A DNA stretch of 64,000 nucleotides, taken from assembly GCA_965202725.1 (NCBI GenBank), contig OZ241845.1:1346172-1410171 (forward strand). Direction: 5' to 3'. Below, in pieces: positions 9,324 to 17,866 of the stretch. Both the position numbers and the translations under genes were made by a program. Positions within the stretch are counted from its first letter, which is position 1, and each line of letters starts with the position of its first letter. The notes under the pieces are model-generated. The model searched no databases. It had not been told where the DNA came from and was given only the letters and a program-made list of their open reading frames with translations. Origin of the DNA: Candidatus Poribacteria bacterium (GTDB taxonomy: Bacteria; Poribacteria; WGA-4E; WGA-3G).

Positions 9324-10436
9324 TCAATTGGATAACACGAACTCCGAAGGAAAAACCGTTAAAGGTTTCGCTACACCTTCCGAAATATAGAAGGTGTCCT
9401 CTAACCGCACGCCTCCTGTTCCCGGAACAGAGAGTACGGGATGTCCCACGGTTACCGTCATCCCTTCACGAATTTGAATGCCGGAATCACCCGGGTGGAT
9501 CGTCGGTGCTGGTGTTTCTTCAAAACTGAGTCCGATGCTATGACTAATACCTGCAACGTAGAACTCACCATAGCCGTTTTCAGTGTAAATCTTCTTTGCG
9601 ACTGTATCAATATCCCTCATCTTCGCACCCGGCTTTAAAGCGGTTATCCCTGCAGCTTGCGCTTGCTTGTAAGTTGCAAACATCTCCGCCTGTTTTGTAG
9701 AGGGTTCACCAATAACAAAGGTTCGGCAGAGATTCGCACAGTAGCCTTTATACCGGGGAACCAAGTCAAGTACAACGAGATCCCCTTCCTCAATCACTTT
9801 GTCAGAGGCAGTCCCGTGTAACCACCCTGATCGGATTCCTGAATTTACGAAAACCGGTGTTGCGACACCGTGTCCACCCGCTTTCCGCATAGCGTATTCC
9901 ACCTCTGCGGCGACTTCGTTTTCCGTTATACCGGTTCTTAGTGTTTTGGCGGCTGTTTCCATACCGATACTCGCAATTTCCGCGGCCCGCTGCATGATTG
10001 CTATCTCAGAGGTATCCTTCACCATACGGAGTTCATCCATAACAGCAGCGATATCTACGACATCAACGATCGGATTCGCTCTTTGAAACATGTTCAACAA
10101 GAACGCGGGGGTTCCAAACCACATCTGCACCCCTACCTTAAGTTTTTTCTTCTCGCCCACCATACTGCGCATTACCTGAACGACATCTTTGATTTGTTGC
10201 CCAACCGAAGCGAAAATCCGAACATCTTCCACGCCTAACGACTCTCGGACCTCTTCCTCTTCTCCGGCAAACGTGACAATAAGGGGGGGACCGGCTGCTG
10301 GAATAATGGCGCGTGGTTGATACCGATCTTCGCCGAAAAAGTAGATATAATCATCATGGGTCAAAATGAGGTAAGCGTCAATGCCTTGCTGCTTCATTCT
10401 TTCTTGTGCCTTTTGGATTCTCTTTGTATTTAGCAT
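9324..10436 (-). CDS. Xaa-Pro peptidase (M24 family)
   Basis: Creatinase N-domain, LRMVKD..EI, HSIGL..EE, GGVRLED. Start placed at ATG 10436. Confidence 0.88.
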   Translation of the reverse strand: MLNTKRIQKAQERMKQQGIDAYLILTHDDYIYFFGEDRYQPRAIIPAAGPPLIVTFAGEEEEVRESLGVEDVRIFASVGQQIKDVVQVMRSMVGEKKKLKVGVQMWFGTPAFLLNMFQRANPIVDVVDIAAVMDELRMVKDTSEIAIMQRAAEIASIGMETAAKTLRTGITENEVAAEVEYAMRKAGGHGVATPVFVNSGIRSGWLHGTASDKVIEEGDLVVLDLVPRYKGYCANLCRTFVIGEPSTKQAEMFATYKQAQAAGITALKPGAKMRDIDTVAKKIYTENGYGEFYVAGISHSIGLSFEETPAPTIHPGDSGIQIREGMTVTVGHPVLSVPGTGGVRLEDTFYISEGVAKPLTVFPSEFVLSN

Positions 10437-10459
10437 GATATTTCCTTTTATTATTGGAT

Positions 10460-10597
10460 GCACACCCGTAGGATGCACAGCCTAATAGGCTATGCTACGC
10501 AAGAGGCACACCCGTAAGATGCACAGCCTAACAGGCTATGCTACGCAAGAGGCACACCCGTAAGATGCACAGCCTAACAGGCTATGCTACGCAAGAG
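10460..10597. repeat. Three tandem 46-bp units, each holding a GTAG-type REP palindrome
   Basis: GCACACCCGTARGATGCACAGCCTAAYAGGCTATGCTACGCAAGAG x3. Confidence 0.9.
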
Positions 10598-10673
10598 TAT
10601 TCCCAACGAATTTTCGTGCCTTATCTTTGCTTGGAGAAAGATAATAGATAAGACACGAGAAATTTGCGAATTC

Positions 10674-11609
10674 TTACAGTGCGAGGTCTTCAGGTCGGAT
10701 GCCGCGTGTAAACGTGCCAAAGCCGAAGAACGTCGGAGCGTAATCACCAACGTAATCGACAACGCTTTTGTCGGGAATTGCGTCCTCCATTCCCATACAC
10801 CAGTAACAACCATTGACAAGGAGTCGGCGGAGTCCTTCGCTTTCTAAATCAACGGATGCACCCATCGTTGTACCGAGGACGCGGGAGGTGTTGCCTTCGT
10901 CACCTGTATAGGTCTTTATCCATACCATCGGCATCGTGAGGGTATCGGGTTTCGGTGGGTCTGTTGGCACCATACCGACGAGCACCTGTCCGTGGATAAG
11001 CACTTGGGCATCGCCTGTCAAATCATTAATGCCGTAGACATCGGATGGCCCCCAAACATCATCAACGCCTTTGAGAATTGGATGATCCGCCATCGCTTCG
11101 TCGATCACGCCGCGCGCACTCTCTTTACCGTGATGTCCGTGATGATTAACCCACGTTTCACCAAGGACCTGTCTGCCATATCCCCCCTCAAACGTTTCAC
11201 TGTTAAAACTGTATTTTGCATAAGGGCTATTAAGGTTACGACTATAGCTGAAAGCGTGGGTTGCCGTGCGGAGTCCCATCACAGGTTTGCCAGCGTTGGT
11301 ATAGTCAACGATATATTTCATCTGTTCATCGGGCAGTTCACGGAAACGCGTGAACAGGATCATCATATCTGCGGATTCCAAATGATGGAGTCCGGGGATG
11401 TTCGTTTGGTTCTCTGGATCAATCTCGCCCGTTTCTGGATCAATAGCAAACAGCACTGTGCATCTAAACCCGTGGTGTGTGGCTAACACTTTTCCCAACA
11501 TCGGTAACGCCTCTTCAGAGCGATACTCTTCGTCACCACTGACGAGAACAATATGTTTTCCCTTTCCGGGACCTTCGTTTCCTTCGTAAACAACCCATTC
11601 ATTTTTCAT
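10674..11609 (-). CDS. ThuA-like / class I glutamine amidotransferase-like domain protein
   Basis: HIVLVSGDEEYRSEEALP and GLRTATHAF. Confidence 0.8.
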   Translation of the reverse strand: MKNEWVVYEGNEGPGKGKHIVLVSGDEEYRSEEALPMLGKVLATHHGFRCTVLFAIDPETGEIDPENQTNIPGLHHLESADMMILFTRFRELPDEQMKYIVDYTNAGKPVMGLRTATHAFSYSRNLNSPYAKYSFNSETFEGGYGRQVLGETWVNHHGHHGKESARGVIDEAMADHPILKGVDDVWGPSDVYGINDLTGDAQVLIHGQVLVGMVPTDPPKPDTLTMPMVWIKTYTGDEGNTSRVLGTTMGASVDLESEGLRRLLVNGCYWCMGMEDAIPDKSVVDYVGDYAPTFFGFGTFTRGIRPEDLAL

Positions 11610-12000
11610 CAAAAGTTATACTCCAATAACATAAAATTTTGCATCCGTATAGCATACTTGATAGTATAGCATACTTGGGGTGTGATGTCAACATTAAATT
11701 AGCCGTCAGCCGTCAGGGATTAATAAAAGTCGCGACCGGAAGATCGATCCTACAAGGAAAATTTCATCTGTACAGGCGAAACAGTTTTCTGCAGTCTTTG
11801 CGAATCATTCGCTATATCGCGGTATTTTGGCGTGGCAGCCACAACGATGTTTCGGATGCTCCCCAAGTCTAATTCCTCTCGGATACTGGGATCTGGATAG
11901 GGAAACATATACCCTAAAAAGGCGTTCTAACGACATGTTCGTTTTTCGGATAGAAATCCCTAAATCCGTATCCTGCAAGAAAAGAAAATGTGAATTAGAC

Positions 12001-12029
12001 TTGACAAAAACGCTCTATTCATATATAAT
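12001..12029 (+). promoter_or_regulatory. Consensus sigma70 promoter of DGR target gene 1
   Basis: TTGACA-17-TATAAT; a homologous promoter precedes the paralogue at 38266-38294. Confidence 0.8.
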
Positions 12030-12453
12030 TAAGAACGATGTTCAAATGTTTTTGAAAACAATGGAGGGACTTAAGAGTGCAAGGCAGAGAGGTGAAAGCT
12101 GACGTTTCAAACGTTGTGTTTTCTATTTCGCCCATTTGTGATGGGTGGCGTTGTGTTTTTATGTCTTTGGGCGTCTTGCGTGTGTCTGACAAGGCGTGCC
12201 CCCCCCCCCCACTTTATATGCGTTAAGTGTCCTGCTTCATGATCTCAAAGAGGTTAGATATTTGGCGTTAACCACTGCTTTTAGCTTAGAGATACACGTC
12301 AAGCGTGTTTACGCTCGGCGTTTTTTGGTTGATGCCCGTGGGGGCGGTGTGGTGCGCTGCGGGCTGTTTTTGTTTTCGAATGCCAAGGCTAATTTGCCAT
12401 AGGCTGGACGCGCTCCCCCGGTTAGGTGTGAGTGCTTACGAAAGGAGATATGA

Positions 12454-13413
12454 ATGAATAAAAAGAGTTTTTTCTATAGATGTGCGATGTTATTGGGGTT
12501 GTTGGTGTGCTGTCCGATGTTCATCGGTTCCCCGACGGCAGAGGAGGAGATAGAAGATGATGTCCTCCAGCCGACCGATCCTGTCATTGAAGACCTGGCG
12601 GGCGATGGCCAAAGGCTCCCGAAACGTATAACGACCCCTACAGATGGTCGTGCCATGGTGCTGATTCCTGCGGGTGAGTTTGAGATGGGTAGCAACGGTC
12701 CGGAAGCTCAGCCGGATGAACAGCCTGTTCACACTGTGTTTGTGAGCGCATTCTACATGGATACACATGAAGTGACGAATGCGGATTACCAAAAATTTGT
12801 GTTGGCGAATCCAGAGTGGCAGAAGGATCGTATTGATTGGAAATACCATGATGGAGATTACCTAAGATTTTGGACTGTCAACAACTATCCTGAGGATAAA
12901 GGGGATCATCCTGTAGTGTATGTATCGTGGTATGCTGCGATGGCGTATGCGAAGTGGGCTGGTAAACGTTTGCCTTCGGAGGCGGAGTGGGAGAAGGCGG
13001 CTCGTGGTGGTTTAGTAGGTGCGAAGTATGCGTGGGGTAATGAGATCTCAGCGGCTGATGCGAACTACGATTGGAATGTAGGTGATACGACGGTCGTAGG
13101 TTCGTATGCTGCGAATGGTTATGGTTTATACGATATGGTGGGTAATGTGTGGGAGTGGTGTTTGGATGCGTGGGATAGTGATTTCTATTCCCATTCTCCT
13201 GATCACAATCCGCTGAGCGATGTGAATAACATAGCGCAGGTGGACTTAATATTAGATGACTACTTAGATGTTAAGTCTGCTCGCGTGTTGCGGGGCGGGT
13301 TCTACTTCCGTTATGCTCAATTCGTCCGGGTCGCTGATCGCGACCCCTTCACGCCGGCGTTCACGTTCCTCAGCTCCGGTTTTCGTTGTGCGAGGGCTTC
13401 TGTAACCCCTTAA
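12454..13413 (+). CDS. Exported FGE-sulfatase (CLec-fold) protein; DGR target 1
   Basis: MVLIPAGEFEMGS, RLPSEAEWEKAARGG, NGYGLYDMVGNVWEW and a C-terminal RVLRGG...GFRCA variable region. The FGE catalytic Cys pair is absent. Confidence 0.92.
   Translation: MNKKSFFYRCAMLLGLLVCCPMFIGSPTAEEEIEDDVLQPTDPVIEDLAGDGQRLPKRITTPTDGRAMVLIPAGEFEMGSNGPEAQPDEQPVHTVFVSAFYMDTHEVTNADYQKFVLANPEWQKDRIDWKYHDGDYLRFWTVNNYPEDKGDHPVVYVSWYAAMAYAKWAGKRLPSEAEWEKAARGGLVGAKYAWGNEISAADANYDWNVGDTTVVGSYAANGYGLYDMVGNVWEWCLDAWDSDFYSHSPDHNPLSDVNNIAQVDLILDDYLDVKSARVLRGGFYFRYAQFVRVADRDPFTPAFTFLSSGFRCARASVTP
13282..13398 (+). repeat. DGR variable region VR1
   Basis: Gap-free 117-nt alignment to the TR: 28 mismatches at TR adenines and 11 at non-adenines (hand count). 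Confidence 0.8.
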
Positions 13414-13438
13414 CGCTTAACAACTTAACACCTTATAC

Positions 13439-13465
13439 CCCTACATCTGCAACGCAGATGTAGGG
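13439..13465 (+). promoter_or_regulatory. Hairpin/cruciform downstream of VR1 (candidate DGR target-recognition element)
   Basis: CCCTACATCTGC-aac-GCAGATGTAGGG, a 12-bp stem 25 nt after the stop; conserved at target 2. Confidence 0.75.
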
Positions 13466-13505
13466 CGGCCCAAAATTGGTTTTACTTAACTGGAGATTAC
13501 TATTT

Positions 13506-13835
13506 GTAGCATAGCCTGTTAGGCACTGTTGTAGCATGGTTTCCTGTTAGGCTGTGTCTTCTTTAGCGTAGCATAGCCTGTTAGGCTGTGCCAATGATTT
13601 GTGAATATGATATCCGGTGTCTCTGGGTGAATAGGCTGCAAACCTGTGTGTTATTTCGTGAGGGCTTGTGTTATTTGGTGGCGTTTATGCACAGCCTGAC
13701 AGGCTATGCTACGGAAAATACCAACGCGGTTTTTATGCACAGCCTGACAGGCTATGCTACGGAAGGCTATGCTACGGAAGATAGCAACGCGGTTTTATGC
13801 ACAGCCTGACAGGCTATGCTACGGAAAATACCAAC
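13506..13835. repeat. Cluster of GTAG-type REP palindromes: forward copies, then three inverted tandem copies
   Basis: GTAGCATAGCCTGTTAGGCTGTGC-like at 13506, 13531 and 13568; GCACAGCCTGACAGGCTATGCTAC at 13689, 13737 and 13799. Confidence 0.85.
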
Positions 13836-13982
13836 CTGCGTAATTCTAACGCCGGTTGGAAAATAAAGGTGTAGGTCGAGTAGATAGGTACCCCTTCAAC
13901 CTAACCCACATTCCCTACTAAAATGTGTCGCGTGTCGGAGCGTTTGCGCCCGGCGGCGCACGAGGTACCAAGCCGAATTACT

Positions 13983-14099
13983 CGTGTCTTGCGGGGCGGC
14001 TCCTGGAACAATAATACACAGAACGTTCGGGTCGCTAATCGCAACAACAATACGCCAACGAATACGAACAACAACAACGGTTTTCGTTGCGCGAAGACT
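13983..14099 (+). ncRNA. DGR template repeat (TR) within a probable structured DGR RNA (about 13925-14285)
   Basis: Reads RVLRGGSWNNNTQNVRVANRNNNTPTNTNNNNGFRCAKT, with 13 AAY codons and 36 adenines; differs from VR2 only at adenines. Confidence 0.95.
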
Positions 14100-14712
14100 C
14101 TTGTCCAAAAAGCATTTTGAGATTGCCAGAGTTGGTATGCCTCCGAGGTAGGCGAGTCATATCAAGCGTGCATCTATGAAGAGTCCAAGGCTTGGCACCT
14201 GTGTTCATCTCGCTGAGATGAGCCGAAGATACAATCCAGGGTGTGATGGCTGGTAGGTTTTACGACTCAAGGCTATCACACCCCTATTTCTCCCCTGCAA
14301 CACAGAAACGCCCACGACTTCTGCCATGCTAATAGCCGGAATTCTCTCTTTTTGCCTAGCGCCTGAAAATATTGAAATACCCTCAGCCTTCCAAAACACT
14401 TGACTTTAAATATCCTTTCCTGATAAAATACACGCAATAGATTTTGCATACCTCGGAAAGATTTTTCGTCTTTTTCCAAACCCCAGAGGGGGGTATACCT
14501 ATAGAATATGGCCTATGTGCACGATTGCACTCCCGGAGAATGCCATACGGAGAACCTTTATACCCTTGATTTTGATCCACCAACGCCGGGATCCTGACTC
14601 TGACAGGCTTTCACCCACATGACCGATAATCGACCGTACTCCGTAGGAGTGCTATGTCTATAAACAATTGGCAACTTGTGTTAAGAATAGAATAAAAATT
14701 GGAGGATATGGA

Positions 14713-16065
14713 TTGTTAAAAGTATCAAAATTTGGCGGGAGTTCTCTTGCCTCGGCGGAACAGGTGCGTCAAGTGTGTGACATCATCACTGCCGACCCGG
14801 AGCGCCGCCTCATTGTCGTCTCTGCCCCCGGGAAACGCTATAGCCAGGATATTAAAGTAACGGATCTGCTTATCGCTGCTGCCTCAGAACGCCTCACAGG
14901 AAAAATTGGTGCATCAGAATGCGCTGAAGTGATTGAACGTTATCGCAGCATCGCTTCAGGGTTAGGACTGCCAGTTGAAGTGATTGAACCGATTGCCCGG
15001 GATCTGACGGAACGTCTTGAAAAAAGCACTACCGATGCGAACCTCTATATGGATACAATGAAGGCAGGCGGCGAGGATAACTGCGCACGGCTCCTCGCGC
15101 AGGCGCTCCAAGCACGCGGTGTAGACGCACATTACGTTAGCCCGAAAGACGCGGGGTTAATCTTGTCTGATGAGCCCGGTAATGCACAAGTTTTGCCCGA
15201 AGCGTACAGCCGGCTACGCGCCCTGAACGAACGTCCGGGTATCATCATTTTCCCGGGTTTCTTCGGTTACTCCAAGCAAGGGAACATTGTCACTTTCTCG
15301 CGTGGCGGTTCAGACATCACAGGTGCTATTCTTGCCAGCGCTGTTCGAGCAGAGGTTTACGAAAATTTCACTGATGTCGATTCAGTGTTCGCAGCGAACC
15401 CGTCTATTGTTAAAGATCCTGCCCCGATTGCGGAGTTAACCTATCGTGAGATGCGAGAACTCTCTTATGCCGGGTTCTCCGTATTCCACGACGAAGCCCT
15501 GGAACCTGTCTATCGAGCACATGTGCCTGTTCACATCCGCAATACAAATAACCCGCAAGCGCAAGGCACACGCATTGTTACAAACCGGACCTCAGCGGAT
15601 ATGCCTGTCGTCGGTATTGCAGTAATGGATAACGTTTGTTGTATCTATCTGAGTAAATATCTAATGAACCGTCAAATCGGGTTTGGTCGGCGGCTGCTGC
15701 AGATTTTGGAGACCGAAGACATCTCTTTTGAACATGTGCCATCCGGCATAGACAACATGTCGGTTATCCTTCGCGAGGAAAACCTTTCTGCACAGAAGGA
15801 GGAAAGGGTTGTTGAACAGATTCGGCGGGTCCTCGCGCCTGAAGATGTCTTTGTAGAACGCAGGCTATCGCTTATCATGGTTGTTGGGGAAGGCATGCGC
15901 CACACTGTTGGTATCGCTTCGCGCGCCACACACGCCTTAGCCAGCGCACAGGTCAATATAGAAATGATTAATCAAGGTTCCAACGAAGTCAGTATGATGT
16001 TCGGCATAAAATCCGAAGATAGGAAGGCTGCTGTTCAAGCGCTCTATGCCGAATTTTTCACTTAA
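14713..16065 (+). CDS. lysC: Aspartate kinase with two ACT domains
   Basis: KVSKFGGSSLA, VVSAPGK, TFSRGGSDITG. TTG start after GGAGG. Confidence 0.92.
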   Translation: MLKVSKFGGSSLASAEQVRQVCDIITADPERRLIVVSAPGKRYSQDIKVTDLLIAAASERLTGKIGASECAEVIERYRSIASGLGLPVEVIEPIARDLTERLEKSTTDANLYMDTMKAGGEDNCARLLAQALQARGVDAHYVSPKDAGLILSDEPGNAQVLPEAYSRLRALNERPGIIIFPGFFGYSKQGNIVTFSRGGSDITGAILASAVRAEVYENFTDVDSVFAANPSIVKDPAPIAELTYREMRELSYAGFSVFHDEALEPVYRAHVPVHIRNTNNPQAQGTRIVTNRTSADMPVVGIAVMDNVCCIYLSKYLMNRQIGFGRRLLQILETEDISFEHVPSGIDNMSVILREENLSAQKEERVVEQIRRVLAPEDVFVERRLSLIMVVGEGMRHTVGIASRATHALASAQVNIEMINQGSNEVSMMFGIKSEDRKAAVQALYAEFFT

Positions 16066-16147
16066 AGGTTGCTGAACAGTATCTCATTTTCTGTATATTT
16101 TTGTTTTTTTCTTGACAAAAACGCTGAGAATCTGTTATCCTATCTCT

Positions 16148-16726
16148 ATGATGTATGTATCAGCGAGAAAAGCAAGTGCCCTTTTAGACTATACCCCCGA
16201 TCATTTACGGAGATTAGCGAATGCGGGCAAAATTGACACGATCCGCACGGGAGGCGGACATAGACGTTACAATGTTGAAAAATACATCCGTAACGCATCC
16301 GGTGCAATTACCCCTGTTTGCTATTGCAGGGTCTCCAGTGCCAAACAACGAGACGCTCTGGAACGCCAAGTCACCGCGATGCGGCGTATCTACCCCGATG
16401 CCGAAGTCATTAGAGATATTGGCAGCGGCCTCAACTTCAAAAGAAAAGGACTTAACGCCTGACTGGACAGGCTTTTGCAAGGTGCTCAGTTCCAAGTTGT
16501 TATTGCCCATCGGGATAGACTCGCCCGGTTCGGTATCGATCTTATACGATACCTCATTGAACAGAACGGTGGCGAACTCGTGGTTCTTGACAAAACAGCA
16601 CACAGTCCGGAAGAAGAACTCACCGCGGATCTTCTCGCCATCTTGCACGTCTTCAGTTGCAGACTGCACGGGCTCCGAAGCTACCGTGATGAAATCAAAG
16701 AAGATACGACTCTTACCGACGGCTGA
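16148..16726 (+). pseudogene. tnpA: IS607 TnpA interrupted by the same in-frame TGA (16460-16462)
   Basis: Same motifs and same stop position as copy 1. Confidence 0.85.
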
Positions 16727-17843
16727 GCAACGTCTGCAGTTGCGGCGATGGTTTGGCACCGCCCGCTTCACCTATAATCAAACTTTGCATCTGCTCAAGA
16801 CGACGGATACGCAAGCCAACTGGAAAGCCATCAAAACAGGTATCTTACATGACTTACCTGCTTGGGCGAAAGAAACGCCCTATCAAATCAAGTCTGTGGC
16901 TATCCGAGATGCTTGTATCGCCGTGAGGGAAGCGAAAAAGAAGGCGAAAGCAAAAGGAGAAAAGCAGTCGGTTTCCTTCAAATCCAAACGTCAACCTTCA
17001 GATAGCATTTTTATACCCAAGTCTGCCATAAAGCCTAATGGCGTTTATCACACGAAATTAGGGGATCTCGTCATGGCTGAGGCGCTGCCTGAGCACATCC
17101 GAGACTCCCGCCTGGTAAAAGACGGCGATAGCTATTATCTGTGTGTTTCCTATACTGTCGCAACCCCGAAGCGAAAGCCAAACGGACGTGTTGTGGCTTT
17201 AGACCCCGGCGTGAGAACATTCCTCACCTATTTCCATGAGCGTGGGTTCGGATGGCTTGGACATCACGCAATCAATAGAATTCAGAGGCTCTGTTTCCAT
17301 TTAGATGACTTACTGTCCCGTGCAGCCAAGGCTGCCCATCGCCAAAGCAAGCGAAATATGCGGAGAGCCGCAAAGCGAATGCGTAAACGGATACGCAATC
17401 TCATAGACGAACTCCATAAGAAAATCGCACGCTGGCTGGTAGATACCTTTGATATTCTCTTGCTACCGACTTTTGAAACTTCACAGATGACTTGTAAAGC
17501 CGAGCGGAAACTGAGAAAGAAGTCTGTTAGGCAGATGCTGACCTTGTCTCATTACCGGTTCAAGCAGTTTCTCAAGCACAAAGCAAAAGAAACAGGGGCT
17601 ATCGTCCTCGACGTTTGTGAAGCCTACACCTCAAAGACGGTGTCTTGGACGGGCGAGATCGTCAAAAATCTCGGTGGCAGGAAGACGATCAAAGATGCTT
17701 TCGGGCTATCTATGGACAGAGCCCTCAACGGCGCACGTGGGATATTCCTGCGTGCTTTGGGAGATAACCCCGGGTTGCTAAGCCTTAGCAACTTGCAAAC
17801 CATGCATACCGCGGAATACAACGTATTGCACGGAAATGTATAG
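16689..17843 (+). CDS. tnpB: IS607-associated TnpB, copy 2 (same DRALN motif)
   Basis: Near-identical to copy 1, with a 9-aa longer C-terminus. Confidence 0.9.
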   Translation: MKSKKIRLLPTAEQRLQLRRWFGTARFTYNQTLHLLKTTDTQANWKAIKTGILHDLPAWAKETPYQIKSVAIRDACIAVREAKKKAKAKGEKQSVSFKSKRQPSDSIFIPKSAIKPNGVYHTKLGDLVMAEALPEHIRDSRLVKDGDSYYLCVSYTVATPKRKPNGRVVALDPGVRTFLTYFHERGFGWLGHHAINRIQRLCFHLDDLLSRAAKAAHRQSKRNMRRAAKRMRKRIRNLIDELHKKIARWLVDTFDILLLPTFETSQMTCKAERKLRKKSVRQMLTLSHYRFKQFLKHKAKETGAIVLDVCEAYTSKTVSWTGEIVKNLGGRKTIKDAFGLSMDRALNGARGIFLRALGDNPGLLSLSNLQTMHTAEYNVLHGNV

Positions 17844-17866
17844 GTTCATATTATCGGAATACCCCT

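Larger units (their letters stand above)
16067..17857 (+). mobile_element. IS607-family element, copy 2
   Basis: Near-identical to 341-2130 with scattered substitutions; GG at both ends. Confidence 0.9.

Noticed and set aside
10460-10597. Possible CRISPR array
   Set aside because: The intervening sequences are identical, so this is a tandem repeat; there are no cas genes.
12454-13413. True formylglycine-generating enzyme
   Set aside because: The catalytic CxxxxC after RGGS is absent; that region is the variable repeat.
13680-13835. Possible CRISPR mini-array next to the TR
   Set aside because: The units are near-identical REP tandems with no unique spacers.
13923-14120. 65-aa Asn-rich ORF
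   Set aside because: It is the translation of the TR; there is no clear RBS, and it is better explained as non-coding template.
14285-14700. Possible RT or avd remnant after the TR
   Set aside because: No YxDD or other RT-like peptide and no Avd-like ORF; it contains a promoter-like TTGACT-18-TAAAAT and short repeats.
16111-16125. CTTGACAAAAACGCT shared by the IS607 copy 2 promoter and the DGR target 1 promoter (12000)
   Set aside because: Short, includes the -35 consensus and is absent from copy 1; likely coincidence.
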